From the IMG/VR virus record IMGVR_UViG_3300005662_000060, positions 1 to 52,565 of that record: DNA of 52,565 nucleotides. One strand, 5' to 3'. The position numbers were made by a program, and so were the translations under genes. Source of the stretch: a virus (taxonomy: Duplodnaviria > Caudoviricetes). The notes beneath the pieces were generated by a model that did not search any database, was not told where the DNA came from, and saw nothing but the letters and a program-made list of their open reading frames with translations. This document shows positions 9,101-18,714 of the stretch, one piece after another (position 1 is the first letter of the stretch; the number at the start of each line of letters is the position of its first letter).

Positions 9101-11169
9101 AGCTTCGCAGGTGGCTCGGACTCACGGGAATGAGCCCTGAGCAGATTGACACTGTCATTCGTGTCAATACCGAAGAGGCTGCCGGGAAGGTTCAGGCTTA
9201 CCTGAACACACTTGGTCAAGTTGATCAGAAGGCAGTTGTCGAGAACATTGTCCGTCTTGTTGGAGAGGTCGACCCGCAGGCACAAGAAATTATCCGTGGA
9301 GACCTGAAGAATCTTGGCCTCACTGACGAACAGATCAACATGATCGTTGATCTGAGCGGTGATGGTTTGACTCAGTCTCAAACTCTGCAGAAGGTTCTTG
9401 AGAACATTGGCGTTCTCAATCCTCAGCCAACCGTCAACGTCACAGACAACGCCACGGGAGTCTTGAACGGAATCATTGGCCAGCTCAATGCCATCAGGGC
9501 TGGTGCCAATGCGAACGTCACTGTTACGACGACCCAGAGGACTGTCGTTGAGCCGCCCTCTGCTGGACCTAAATATCCCGGCAAGGGAGGGCCTCCAAAC
9601 ACTGGCACCGGCTCTCCAGCTCCTAAATATCCCGGCAAGGGTCCCAACGCCGACGGCAACATCCGAGGAATGATCGAAGAGCGCCCTGGGAGCGCCAGCA
9701 TCTATGCTCCAGCGACTCAGTATCGAGTTTTCGCGGAGCCAGAGACTGGAGGCGAAGCTTACATTCCACTTGCACAGTCAAAGCGCAAGAGGAGCCAAAA
9801 GATCTGGTGGGAGACGGGGCGTCGACTCGGAACCGTAGCCTTCGCAGACGGCGGAATGACTTATGGCTCTGGCGGAATCAGCTACATGGCGAGAGGTGGT
9901 GTTCTTGAAGGTCGTTTGAACAGCGACGACGGCAAGAAAGCAAAGGATCAGGAAGAGCAAAATTGGAAGAATCTAGCTAAGGCTGGAGAAGATCAGAAAC
10001 GAGCCGCTGAAGATCAGAAGCAGGCTGCCGAAGATCAGAAGCAGGCTGCCGAAGACGCTCGTCGTGCAGAGAGGAATACTCTCGAGTACAAGTTTGACGT
10101 CGAGGGCAGCATCGGTCCGGTTGAATACATTTGGAAGTTGCTCGGTCAGATGGCTAATCTGCCGCAGTACAGCGACGAATGGATTGAGATCGGACGCAAG
10201 GTCAATGATCTCAACAAGGAACTTCGAGAGACCGCCTATGCCGCTCAGGATGCTTTCTATGAAATTGGAGCCATCACTGATGAGCAGCAGCTAGGTAATC
10301 TTGAGCGTCGACTGACAGAGCAGAGGGCTTTCACTCGTGAGTGGTGGGATCTCGGCGTTGAGGTCTTCAATTTCAAGAAGAAGATCGAAGAGAACCGTAG
10401 AGATCTAGAGGATGCCTTTTACGACAGCGGCAATATGTCTTTCGAGAACAGAATTGCTCAGCTGAAGAGGCGCCTCTCAACTGAAAAGGCTTGGGGTTCT
10501 GAGTGGCTGAAGATTCAGAACGACATCGCTAACGAAGAGATGGGTCTCGCCAAGGCCAAGCTCGAGTTCGGCGCGATGAGCTACGACCAATACATCGCAT
10601 TCATGAACTCTCGACTGGCCAAGGCTGAGAAGTTCAGCTCAAACTGGTCTCAAATCACTAAAGAGATCAACGAGGTTGAGTCGCAAGGCATCGCCAAGAT
10701 CGCAGACGTTTACTCCAAGTTCGGAGATCGGCAAGCTGTCAGTAGCACGAGCGTTATCAAGTGGCTTGAGCGCCAAGTCACAATGGGCAAGAAGTGGGCA
10801 CAAACAATCGCCCAGCTGAAGGCTAGCGGAGCCTACAGCTCTGCCGTGATAGACCAGCTCGTTCAGGCTGGTCCTGCTTCCGCTGGGCTAGCCAACGCTC
10901 TCATGAGGGCAGTTGGAGCAGGTCAGGCAGGAACCATCAACGACCTGCTCAATCAGGCCAAGAAGCTTGGCATCAATACCACCAGCTATGACTCCGGCGG
11001 ATATCTTCCACCCGGATACACTCTGGCATACAATGGCACCGGAAAGAACGAGCCAGTTGGGGGCGGTGGTGTAGTTGTGAACCTTCCAAACGCTACGATT
11101 TCTAGCCCAAACGATGCCAAGAGATTTGGTGACCGTGTTGCTTTCGCGATCAACTCTGTAGGTATCTGA
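6100..11169 (+). CDS. Tape measure protein (TP901-family core)
   Basis: 1689 aa, Ala/Gly-rich helical sequence, TP901-like N-terminal core, hydrophobic middle, AEPETGGEAYIPL motif, canonical position. Confidence 0.95.
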   Translation: MNDYIKIVLQADPSGMISGFQQAEGAIAKLVSATQSAGRALQAGGQMWDKFAQSVQSAGRKTMAQGIAMGVSLGAAVKKASDFQVQMTNVQSLTKASDYSMKAQSDAILGMSEKLPQSATNLATGLYDIASSGYAGADGLAILEASATAASAGLTTTEVASNAIVTALNAYGLEAKDAADISDILFQGVNVGVMTFEQLAGSMGDWVGMAAQVGVTADEGTAAIAAMTLAGISAGEAGTYLSRMMQEFLQPSEKMTAKVKDMGYSSAKSLLDAKGLGGAILELNKATGGNAEEFSNLFGSIQALRGALAITSNEGANYARVAGAITDKTKRAGAAQDVYAVQSQTLSVQWQLLRNALGNFAIQIGTPLLAPLATLMGWLAKFLNFVTNIGSSFSGVMAGLGAFGSVFLTITGGIAAFFPQLVAARVAMMGFRGALALFNGASAGAGITSLLANLGGRFPRITAMLVGFGNALKAALSIDILQKGFTAVKAGLATVASGIGQYVTGNLSAGALAGKAGSKLMGGAKGMVSTLGSGVMTALTSGIGLATIALAASVAMAANLVNTLNQARDAGREAGETIKASLSDDSFGDTRSSISKINSELEASDKRLAELGMAPGPMGKKGDGLWESGYGLGGAEAAKWAFLDWLPFSNFGDKGKRTIEERELQRQIIDERDRLESRQKDIESLAALAGAQASGAKSYVNSTMDFIDRPGFELSAEAAGGNRVPLAQMLLDPSESAAKIWIRDNIDPIAKSIGTSREGLLFQFDTAMKTVGVSVDDLLNPDTAQGAFNEVSNMLGRLSGKSVSQQGSINAFEQIKQAAGDATTQIEKLNNALKFAVQQSLGPEMAKDQLEGMVNSTMQAVDKIKENGNLSEAMDFGNFSEDALSLRGQWQQIVQGLVDETTAWASSQESVTGVQIAQHLQGQIDAIRTYGAEMGLSTEFVERYVTALQQAITNGDVVTSFVTNVDEAQGQVKAYLTTIGRTPEQIDTIVNLLNADISIDELRRWLGLTGMSPEQIDTVIRVNTEEAAGKVQAYLNTLGQVDQKAVVENIVRLVGEVDPQAQEIIRGDLKNLGLTDEQINMIVDLSGDGLTQSQTLQKVLENIGVLNPQPTVNVTDNATGVLNGIIGQLNAIRAGANANVTVTTTQRTVVEPPSAGPKYPGKGGPPNTGTGSPAPKYPGKGPNADGNIRGMIEERPGSASIYAPATQYRVFAEPETGGEAYIPLAQSKRKRSQKIWWETGRRLGTVAFADGGMTYGSGGISYMARGGVLEGRLNSDDGKKAKDQEEQNWKNLAKAGEDQKRAAEDQKQAAEDQKQAAEDARRAERNTLEYKFDVEGSIGPVEYIWKLLGQMANLPQYSDEWIEIGRKVNDLNKELRETAYAAQDAFYEIGAITDEQQLGNLERRLTEQRAFTREWWDLGVEVFNFKKKIEENRRDLEDAFYDSGNMSFENRIAQLKRRLSTEKAWGSEWLKIQNDIANEEMGLAKAKLEFGAMSYDQYIAFMNSRLAKAEKFSSNWSQITKEINEVESQGIAKIADVYSKFGDRQAVSSTSVIKWLERQVTMGKKWAQTIAQLKASGAYSSAVIDQLVQAGPASAGLANALMRAVGAGQAGTINDLLNQAKKLGINTTSYDSGGYLPPGYTLAYNGTGKNEPVGGGGVVVNLPNATISSPNDAKRFGDRVAFAINSVGI
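9988..10050 (+). repeat. 21-nt tandem repeat x3 (EDQKQAA) within the tape measure gene
   Basis: gaagatcagaaacgagccgct followed by gaagatcagaagcaggctgcc twice. Confidence 0.9.
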
Positions 11170-12041
11170 TGCTTCGAATTGAGAACCCAAACTCTTCACT
11201 TGGCCCTTCTGGATTCTTGTTTCATCCTTCCTCTGGAGTGAAGGTCAGCAAGTGGGATCCTGGCTATCCAGAAATTAGAGAGATCGCTGACGCTATCCCG
11301 CAGATGAACGGATACAGAGACTACACGAGTTTCTTTGGTTCCAGAGTCATCACCATTGAGTTCAGAATTTATGCCCCTTGGGCCTCTTCGCAGACGACTC
11401 GTCGAGAAATTTTGGATACTCTCAAGGGTCTCTGCAATCCTGCTTTGCGCCCATTCATTTACGAAGGCATCGACGGAGCCGACCAAGAGAGAAGAATTAT
11501 GGTGCGTCCAGATTCACTCTCTTCTCCCTTCACCATGCCGCACACTAATGAAGTTCAAATGCAGTGGGTCGCTCCATACGGGCTATGGGAAAGTGGTCAG
11601 ATCGAAACCGTTCAGATCGGACCGGGTTCTGGTGGTGGGCTCACTACTGGTCGTTCATATCCACTGACATTTCCTCGATCCTATGCTGGCCGAGCACCGT
11701 CTGGCGGAAAGCCAGTTCTCAACGATGGCAATATTGAGGCATATCCAGCTCTTTTGATTTACGGACCGTGTACCGACGTTACCATCTTCAATAACGCAAC
11801 GAATGAGCAGATGAAGTTTGAGGCTCTAAACCTGACAGCTTCACAATCACTCGTGATCAACAATCGAGAGAGAAGCATCACCATCGGTGGCCAGCCGAAT
11901 ATCAGTAAGTATGACAAAGTTGACTGGACGCAAAGCAGTTGGATCAAGCTGGCTCCCGGTGAGAATCAAATGAGCTTCAATCCAACTGGCTACACTGAGA
12001 CCACCAAGATGCAAGTTGCCTATCGGCATAGCTGGATTTGA
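11169..12041 (+). CDS. Distal tail protein (Dit-like)
   Basis: Directly after the tape measure gene; RSYPLTFP, NDGN..AYP...IYGP and W.KLAPGEN motifs. Confidence 0.85.
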   Translation: MLRIENPNSSLGPSGFLFHPSSGVKVSKWDPGYPEIREIADAIPQMNGYRDYTSFFGSRVITIEFRIYAPWASSQTTRREILDTLKGLCNPALRPFIYEGIDGADQERRIMVRPDSLSSPFTMPHTNEVQMQWVAPYGLWESGQIETVQIGPGSGGGLTTGRSYPLTFPRSYAGRAPSGGKPVLNDGNIEAYPALLIYGPCTDVTIFNNATNEQMKFEALNLTASQSLVINNRERSITIGGQPNISKYDKVDWTQSSWIKLAPGENQMSFNPTGYTETTKMQVAYRHSWI

Positions 12042-12048
12042 GGTCTTC

Positions 12049-13125
12049 ATGCCACTCACAGTCAATTGGCTGCAGAATTCGAGCTACTCTGCCCAGCTCG
12101 ACCGACAGTTCATCGAAGCCGTTGTGCCTAGCGAGGGAGTCATCTCGCCGACATCTATGAAGGTCTCTCCACAGAGTCCAGCGGCACTCTCTGTAAAGAT
12201 CAACAAGGGCGGATGTTTCGTCAAGGGAGACAACTCCATCAATCAGGGCATGTACTACGTCGACTCAAATGACGACGAAAGCCTTGCCGCTCTATCGCTG
12301 CCACCCAGCGGATACAAGAGGATCGATAGCGTATGCGTTTGCGTGCGAGATCCAGACGCCTCCGGTCCATCTGGTAACTCTGCGAACCTAGTAATGGTTC
12401 AGGGAACTCAAGTTCTCTCTTCTGCCACGGCTTCTCCTCCGAACCTGCCAGACACTCACGTCAGGCTGGCGAACATCACGCTGACCTCTACAACTTCTGC
12501 TGTAACTTCGAGCGAAATCGAAAACACTCGCTCACTTTGCGGAGGCCTTGATCACGTTGGAACTATTCAGCAGTGGGCTGGAGATGGCTCAATTCTTCCA
12601 AACGGTTGGCTTGTGTGTCAGGGCCAAGCCATCAGTCGCAGCTCATATTCAGATCTTTTCGAGATCATCGGAACTCAGTACGGTCCTGGAGACAACACCA
12701 CGACGTTCAATCTTCCAGACCTACGTTCTCGTATGCCGATGGGCGCAGGTCAGGGTTCCGGACTGAGCGCTCGGTCTGTCGGCCAAAAGTCTGGCGTTGA
12801 GTCTGTGACGATCAATACTTCTCAGATGCCAGCTCACACTCACACCGCAAATCACGACCATGGAAACGTAGTCACAAGTTCTGCCGGGACGCACTCGCAC
12901 GCTATTCCTTCTGTCGTTGGCATTGGATCCGGCACCAATCCAGCGGCTCTTGGCATGTTCACCATTGGTGGTCAAAGAGACTACTCCACTGATTCTGCAG
13001 GAGCTCACACTCACAACGTTGATCTTCCAGAGTGGACTGGAAACACTGGATCGTCTGGTGGTAACGCTTCTCATGACAACATGCCTCCATTCTCGGTTGT
13101 CAACTTCATCATTAGGGCGATCTAA
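12049..13125 (+). CDS. Minor tail protein with a phage tail collar domain
   Basis: C-terminal GTIQQWAG..PNGWL.C.GQ..SR..Y..LF..IGT.YG.GD..TTFNLPDLR...HDNMPPF...NFII. Confidence 0.85.
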   Translation: MPLTVNWLQNSSYSAQLDRQFIEAVVPSEGVISPTSMKVSPQSPAALSVKINKGGCFVKGDNSINQGMYYVDSNDDESLAALSLPPSGYKRIDSVCVCVRDPDASGPSGNSANLVMVQGTQVLSSATASPPNLPDTHVRLANITLTSTTSAVTSSEIENTRSLCGGLDHVGTIQQWAGDGSILPNGWLVCQGQAISRSSYSDLFEIIGTQYGPGDNTTTFNLPDLRSRMPMGAGQGSGLSARSVGQKSGVESVTINTSQMPAHTHTANHDHGNVVTSSAGTHSHAIPSVVGIGSGTNPAALGMFTIGGQRDYSTDSAGAHTHNVDLPEWTGNTGSSGGNASHDNMPPFSVVNFIIRAI

Positions 13126-13748
13126 TGTCTTGGAACATTCCAAATCGTCAAGAGGCTTACTACGAAGTTCAGTCTCGACTCTTTCAGAGCGCACTTGTTG
13201 ATCTAGTTCTTGCTAGGAATGGAACCGGGGTCAGAACTGGCTGCTCAGTGACTGTTTCTTCTGGCATGACCGTCAGCGTCAGCAGTGGAACAGTTCAATT
13301 CAATGGTTCAGCCCCGGTCAACATCGCGGGTGGTAATCTAAGCCTCAGCGCAAACTCTGATGCTTCTTCTGGCCGTATCGACATCATTCAGGCCAGTAAT
13401 CTAGGAGTCATTAGTGTTGTTTCCGGCGCTTTGTCTGTAGAGCCAGTTGAGCCTAATCTTTCTGGAACCGCGGTGAAGCTTGCTGCCATCTATCTGCCGC
13501 CGAGCACGTCGGCAGTAACCACAGCAATGATTAGTGATCGTCGAGTTGAGGTAGTAGCTCCGTACAGCGTTTACGAATACGCGGTGAACACCGGGCAGTA
13601 CGCAGGAACAGAAGCTAACTTCTTGGATAGTCTTCAGGGTGCGACTGGACCTGCCGGACCGGCAGGTGAGAACGTTCGGTTTCTTGATCCGGGAGAGTCG
13701 ATCGCTGGGTTGCCCAATGGCACGAAAATCTGTAGGCGATATTCGTGA
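13125..13748 (+). CDS. Minor tail protein with a short Gly-X-Y tract
   Basis: RIDII/LAAIY pattern like the N-terminus of the preceding gene; [11 protein letters not shown] near the C-terminus. Confidence 0.75.
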   Translation: MSWNIPNRQEAYYEVQSRLFQSALVDLVLARNGTGVRTGCSVTVSSGMTVSVSSGTVQFNGSAPVNIAGGNLSLSANSDASSGRIDIIQASNLGVISVVSGALSVEPVEPNLSGTAVKLAAIYLPPSTSAVTTAMISDRRVEVVAPYSVYEYAVNTGQYAGTEANFLDSLQGATGPAGPAGENVRFLDPGESIAGLPNGTKICRRYS

Positions 13749-15643
13749 CGAAGATCATGGGGTTGCATCCAGAAGATGTGATCGTTACCCCTCCAATATT
13801 CCCGCTGCCGGGAGGCGGGGCTATCAGGTCTCCGTATCCCATTGAGGTTTTTCAGACGCTGCCAGCGGTCAATGACGTTCCTGGATCAACGAAGATTTAC
13901 TACGCCAGGAATTTCAGATCTGCACAGAGAAGAAGCACTTACGCTCGTGGTTTGGCTTTCACTGATTACGCCAATCGATCTATCTCTGCTCGTGCGTATT
14001 GGAGATTCAATCAATATCCGAACGAGTCTCTGACAGTTCCGCTTTCTGTTTACTCATGTAGGTTCTATGTAACGCCAGAAGACAACAACTCTTGGGTAAA
14101 TCAGTTTCCCAATCTGATTACCTTCATGAATGGCGGACCAGCAGGATCAGATCTTTGGCATCTCATGTGGGATGACTACAGCGAGAGGGCTCCTTTTACT
14201 GGGATTTACAGAATCAACAGACCCTTCATCGCGAATTCAACCTACACCGCTGGTGGATCTATCCTCAGCACGTTGAATCTTGATTTTCAGATGACCAGCT
14301 CTTCCACTTGGAGAGTTGAGATTCAAGTAAACAGCGCAATGAATCCAAAGGTAACGATAAAGATTTACAACTGGAACAGCACCACGGCAAGCCTGACCAT
14401 CACTGGTAATCCCACCAATGTTGCGGCTGACACTTTCATGCTGGGGCGCCATCCAACGAAAAGCGGAACTGGAGGATACTCCCCAAACATTTGGATCGGA
14501 GATCTTGAAGTCTTTGACACTTACGATCTAGATGGAACCGCTGGGCAACATCCCTCCAACCCATCAAACAAATGGTACGAAATTGTAAACGGAAATGAAG
14601 TTGAAGTTCTTGAAGAGGGAACCATTATTTCTGGATCTCTCAACACTTCAGACAAGAACAACTGGACTGATCGTGACAGAGAGTTCGTTTTTGAGAACTT
14701 CTCTCAGTACGATGTCAATTACGACTTGGCAGGTGCAAGCAGCATCTCGCAAAGAAGCATGACACTGAGAGTTCCGAATGGAACACCTCCCGAGAATGGT
14801 TGGCCGGTAGTCATGTGGATCCACGGTGGTTTCTTTACCTCAGGATCTCGTGGCGACATGAATCTTGGATGGGCAAAGTGGCTACTGAGCCAAGGGTTCG
14901 CAGTTTGCACCATCGATTACGTTCTCGGAACCAACTACATTGGTCTCGTTTTATCTAAGCCTTCGTGGCCAACAGAAGGTTCTGGAATGTTTCCGAGCTT
15001 TTTGATCTGTGCAAAGAAAGCAGCTCGCTTCCTCAAAGTCAAAGGTTCTCAAGGCGATGGGACATATGCGATCAATAGCAACCGAATTGCTATGACGGGT
15101 CACTCTGCCGGTGGCGGTATTGCCTTGGCTGCCACTCTCAGCAGAGACCTCACCAGCCTCAACGGTAGGAACCTGACCGTCAGTAACACGACATACGGCG
15201 GCGTGTCTGGTGAGAGTGACGTTGCCATCAAATGCGCCTACTCTTGGGCAGCACCCATCGATCTGAAGTGGGCTTACGACAACGACATGGAAGCTGCTTA
15301 CGGACTCGGTAGCCCAGCTACGAGCAGAACGAAGGCAACAGCCAACACTTATCTCGGTTTGAATTACAGCAATGCCCTGACCAACGAACAAATGAATGGC
15401 GCGAGAGTAACGGACATCATCGTCGCTCAATCTTCGGAGAAAATTCCTCCGGTCGGCATGGTGCATGGCAAGTGCGATGGGCTGATCAGGCATCAGCACT
15501 ATCAGTTTGCTGAGGCAGCTTTGGTCGCCAAAGGAATTACCCCGAGCGTTTTCTTGACGGATAAGGATCATGACTTCTGCTATCTGCAGAGCCCGCAAAA
15601 GCATTTCCTTGACTTTTTGATCTCGTCAGGAATGAAATCATGA
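13745..15643 (+). CDS. Tail-associated protein with a C-terminal alpha/beta-hydrolase (HSL-like esterase) domain
   Basis: PVVMWIHGGFF oxyanion motif, GHSAGG nucleophile elbow, HG..D and a terminal His; beta-rich N-terminal half; located in the tail module. Confidence 0.8.
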   Translation: MTKIMGLHPEDVIVTPPIFPLPGGGAIRSPYPIEVFQTLPAVNDVPGSTKIYYARNFRSAQRRSTYARGLAFTDYANRSISARAYWRFNQYPNESLTVPLSVYSCRFYVTPEDNNSWVNQFPNLITFMNGGPAGSDLWHLMWDDYSERAPFTGIYRINRPFIANSTYTAGGSILSTLNLDFQMTSSSTWRVEIQVNSAMNPKVTIKIYNWNSTTASLTITGNPTNVAADTFMLGRHPTKSGTGGYSPNIWIGDLEVFDTYDLDGTAGQHPSNPSNKWYEIVNGNEVEVLEEGTIISGSLNTSDKNNWTDRDREFVFENFSQYDVNYDLAGASSISQRSMTLRVPNGTPPENGWPVVMWIHGGFFTSGSRGDMNLGWAKWLLSQGFAVCTIDYVLGTNYIGLVLSKPSWPTEGSGMFPSFLICAKKAARFLKVKGSQGDGTYAINSNRIAMTGHSAGGGIALAATLSRDLTSLNGRNLTVSNTTYGGVSGESDVAIKCAYSWAAPIDLKWAYDNDMEAAYGLGSPATSRTKATANTYLGLNYSNALTNEQMNGARVTDIIVAQSSEKIPPVGMVHGKCDGLIRHQHYQFAEAALVAKGITPSVFLTDKDHDFCYLQSPQKHFLDFLISSGMKS

Positions 15644-16827
15644 CCATCTTCACCGTTGGAGACAGCGAAGTTGGTGGTGAAGATACTCTCGGAGGAACTT
15701 ACAGTCTGGTTCCTGATCCTGTCGTTGAACCTCCAGAGCTGCCTGTCGAACCAAGCATCAGCATTCCAACGACACCGGCGGAATGGGCTTTCCTAGACGA
15801 CTTCAAACACTCAATTGTTGATTACAACTTCGTCGTGGGAGACGGTTCTCCTGAATTTGTCCTCTCATACATTCAGAATCCGAACTTGAGATTCAATCTG
15901 AAAGACAACTGTTCTGTTTCTTTTGATCTCAATCAATTGGATCCTCTGGCTGCCAATGTCACTGAGCTGCTAACTGACCTTTGGATTTACAGAGACGGCG
16001 AATTGATCTTCCGAGGTCGAGTTGGACCCTCTCAAGACAAGCTCGATTCAAATGGTGGTTACGTTAGCTTCACGGCCATCGACTATCGAGGAGTTCTCAA
16101 GCGTCGATTTTTCTACGACGACAACACAACTTTCTGGTATGACGAAGACGTCAGTCGAATTATCTCAGACTGTCTCTCTATGATCCAAGGACGAACTGGT
16201 GGTAATTACTCAATCTCAGAGGGCATCGGATTCCCTGATCTCGGAGTTGTCCGTAGAGAGGTCGAGTTCAATCCAGGAACTAACTTCACAGACTCTATTG
16301 ATTCACTTCAAGAGTCAAAGCTCAGAGGTTTCGACTGGGAGATCGATGCCGATCTGAACCTGAACGTATGGGCTCAGAGAGGAATCTCTCCTGCGGACAA
16401 GCTCATTGAATACAACGGGGCTATGCTCGGTCTAACCAGAGACTTCAAGACAGACGAGTTTGCCAATGCCGTTAGAGCGAGTGGCGGTGAAATTCCAGAG
16501 CCAGTAGTTCTTGAAGACGCAAATATTTCTGTTGATCCCCGTGGTCGTTGGGAACTAGAAGTTTCATGGCCAGACTCAGAGACGCAAGAAATACTTGACG
16601 ATCGAGTTGAGTATCTTCTTGAGCAAGTCAACGTGGTTCCTGAGCAATACTCTGCAGAGCTTGTCAATGGTTTCTGGAGAGGACCCTCGCATCTTTGGCT
16701 TGGCGACGAAGTTGTTATGCCCATCAACTTTGGAAGGCTCTCGGTCAGCAAGTCTGTCAGGGTTCATGAGATCTCAATTTCTCCAGACGGCAAGGGCGGA
16801 GAGAACGTAAAGATGGTTCTCAAATGA
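15640..16827 (+). CDS. Minor tail/baseplate hub protein (ReqiPepy6 gp37-like)
   Basis: LWIYRDG.LIFRGRV, GFDWEI and LGDEV motifs; tail module. Confidence 0.75.
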   Translation: MTIFTVGDSEVGGEDTLGGTYSLVPDPVVEPPELPVEPSISIPTTPAEWAFLDDFKHSIVDYNFVVGDGSPEFVLSYIQNPNLRFNLKDNCSVSFDLNQLDPLAANVTELLTDLWIYRDGELIFRGRVGPSQDKLDSNGGYVSFTAIDYRGVLKRRFFYDDNTTFWYDEDVSRIISDCLSMIQGRTGGNYSISEGIGFPDLGVVRREVEFNPGTNFTDSIDSLQESKLRGFDWEIDADLNLNVWAQRGISPADKLIEYNGAMLGLTRDFKTDEFANAVRASGGEIPEPVVLEDANISVDPRGRWELEVSWPDSETQEILDDRVEYLLEQVNVVPEQYSAELVNGFWRGPSHLWLGDEVVMPINFGRLSVSKSVRVHEISISPDGKGGENVKMVLK

Positions 16828-17906
16828 ATCAAGAATATCTACCGCTGGCAAATGAGATCGTTGCTACTAAGCAAAGAGTCGGAGACGTCGAGCGCCTCAG
16901 GGGCAGCTCTCGGTCAATTATGAGAGCTTCTTGGAAGCTGCCTTCGCTGACAAACTCTTGGCTTTCAAGATCTAACTACGAAGTTTTCGGATACACGATA
17001 GACAATGCTGGTTTCGTTCATCTCAAAGGTGTCGTTCGTTCAGGGGCATCTGGATCTTCGATCTACCAACTTCCGGTCGAGGTCAGACCGCAAGCAGAGA
17101 GAATTTTTCTGGTCGCTGCCAGCGGGGGTTACGGTCAGCTCAGGATCACAACCTCTGGAAATGTAATCTTAGAAAACCTCTCGGGATCTTCAGTTACTAC
17201 TTGGGCCAGTCTCTCCGGGGTTTTGTTCAGTGTCGAGAAGTATCCGAGCGGATCATATCCACTTGAGAATTTCTCTTACTCTGAGCGCAACTACTCTGCA
17301 GACCTCGGCCCAACTGTAATTCCTCATCCTTCTGGGCTCGTTGTCCTTAGCGGCTCTGGGAAAACAACCTCACCACCATCTTCAATTCAACGACTCTGGA
17401 GCGTGTCTGCCCATCAAGGTTCTGACTGGCAGTACTCGTACGCCATCTTTGCAACGAACTCTTCTGGATCCTCGCACATGCGACTTGACGTCGCGAAAAA
17501 CTGGTCGATGTATCGAAGCGGAAATACTGGATCAACACGGCATTGTTTTGACGGAGTGAGCTGGCCTTCTTATTCCATGATCATCTCTTCACCGATCACA
17601 CTCTCGTCTGGTGTTTCAGTTATTTCAGACGACGAGTATCCAAGATCACTGGGTCTTTTCACTGACCTGATGGGCATGAAGTGGATTGGTGGATTTTTGT
17701 CTGTGACTAATGCCTCAGCAGGAGCATCACTGGCAACCATTCCTGCCGGTTCTCGCCCAGCACAAGATCTAATCTTGCCAGCCATGAGCAACGGAGCTGC
17801 CGCTGCCGTGAAGGTATCTAGTTCTGGGGCTGTAACTTTCGAGACGGCTGGCACTAATGGATCTTGGCTTTCCATTGCTCACGCCTACTGGCCCTCGAAC
17901 GAGTAA
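16824..17906 (+). CDS. Minor tail protein with repeated beta modules
   Basis: Repeated G.VHL.G...I..LP...RP modules; last gene of the tail block. Confidence 0.7.
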   Translation: MNQEYLPLANEIVATKQRVGDVERLRGSSRSIMRASWKLPSLTNSWLSRSNYEVFGYTIDNAGFVHLKGVVRSGASGSSIYQLPVEVRPQAERIFLVAASGGYGQLRITTSGNVILENLSGSSVTTWASLSGVLFSVEKYPSGSYPLENFSYSERNYSADLGPTVIPHPSGLVVLSGSGKTTSPPSSIQRLWSVSAHQGSDWQYSYAIFATNSSGSSHMRLDVAKNWSMYRSGNTGSTRHCFDGVSWPSYSMIISSPITLSSGVSVISDDEYPRSLGLFTDLMGMKWIGGFLSVTNASAGASLATIPAGSRPAQDLILPAMSNGAAAAVKVSSSGAVTFETAGTNGSWLSIAHAYWPSNE

Positions 17907-17928
17907 ACTCTCGATCCAAGGAGGATCA

Positions 17929-18714
17929 ATGGCTACTCCAGGTGATGTGCTTCTACAGGCAAGAAAGCATCTCGGCTATGTCGAGGGGCCTCGGGACAAC
18001 GAGACGCCCTTTGGTGCTAGGACCGGATACAACTTTCAGCCGTGGTGCGGGTCGTTCGTAAACTGTGTTCTCCAGGATGCCGGTCAGCACGGAGAGCCCT
18101 CAAGTGTCTACACTCCGAGCGGTGCTGCTGCCTATCGAAAGCTCGGCCGATGGATCGAGCGCAACGGTCCTGCACAGCAGGGAGACATCGTGTTCTTCGA
18201 CTGGGGAGGATCCACAGAGTCGAGCCGAGTAGACCACGTTGGTATCGTTGAAGAGATCTTGCCAAACGGGACCGTCCAAACTATCGAAGGCAACACTTCT
18301 CCCACCAATGCGGGCAGCCAGTCGAACGGAGGCGGCGTCTACCGACGAATCCGTCAGCGCAATAGCGTCGCTGGTTTCGGAAGGCCCGCTTACTCCAGTC
18401 AGACGACTCCGCAAGTTCCCATTGATTGGAATGCCGTCAGGCGTCTTGCGGCAGCCAACATCATCAATCTTGGCCTCGGAGGCATCTCGACCATCAAGAA
18501 CGGATCTCGTGGCGGCGCTGTCGTTCTTTGGCAGCAGGCTATCAATCTTGTTTCTGGTGCGAAGCTTGCTGAAGATGGTGACTTTGGCAATTCGACTCGT
18601 CGGAAGACCATTGACTTCCAAAAGTTCTTTGGTCTCGGCGCTGACGGAATCGTTGGCCCTCAGACGAGGTCAATGATGTTGCTGATCCTCTCCAAGATTA
18701 GAGACGGTTCATGA
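17929..18714 (+). CDS. Endolysin: CHAP amidase plus peptidoglycan-binding domain
   Basis: PWCGSFV, GDIVFFDW, HVGIV and TIEGN motifs; DGDFG..T / DGIVGP.T PG-binding repeats; RBS AAGGAGG. Confidence 0.92.
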   Translation: MATPGDVLLQARKHLGYVEGPRDNETPFGARTGYNFQPWCGSFVNCVLQDAGQHGEPSSVYTPSGAAAYRKLGRWIERNGPAQQGDIVFFDWGGSTESSRVDHVGIVEEILPNGTVQTIEGNTSPTNAGSQSNGGGVYRRIRQRNSVAGFGRPAYSSQTTPQVPIDWNAVRRLAAANIINLGLGGISTIKNGSRGGAVVLWQQAINLVSGAKLAEDGDFGNSTRRKTIDFQKFFGLGADGIVGPQTRSMMLLILSKIRDGS

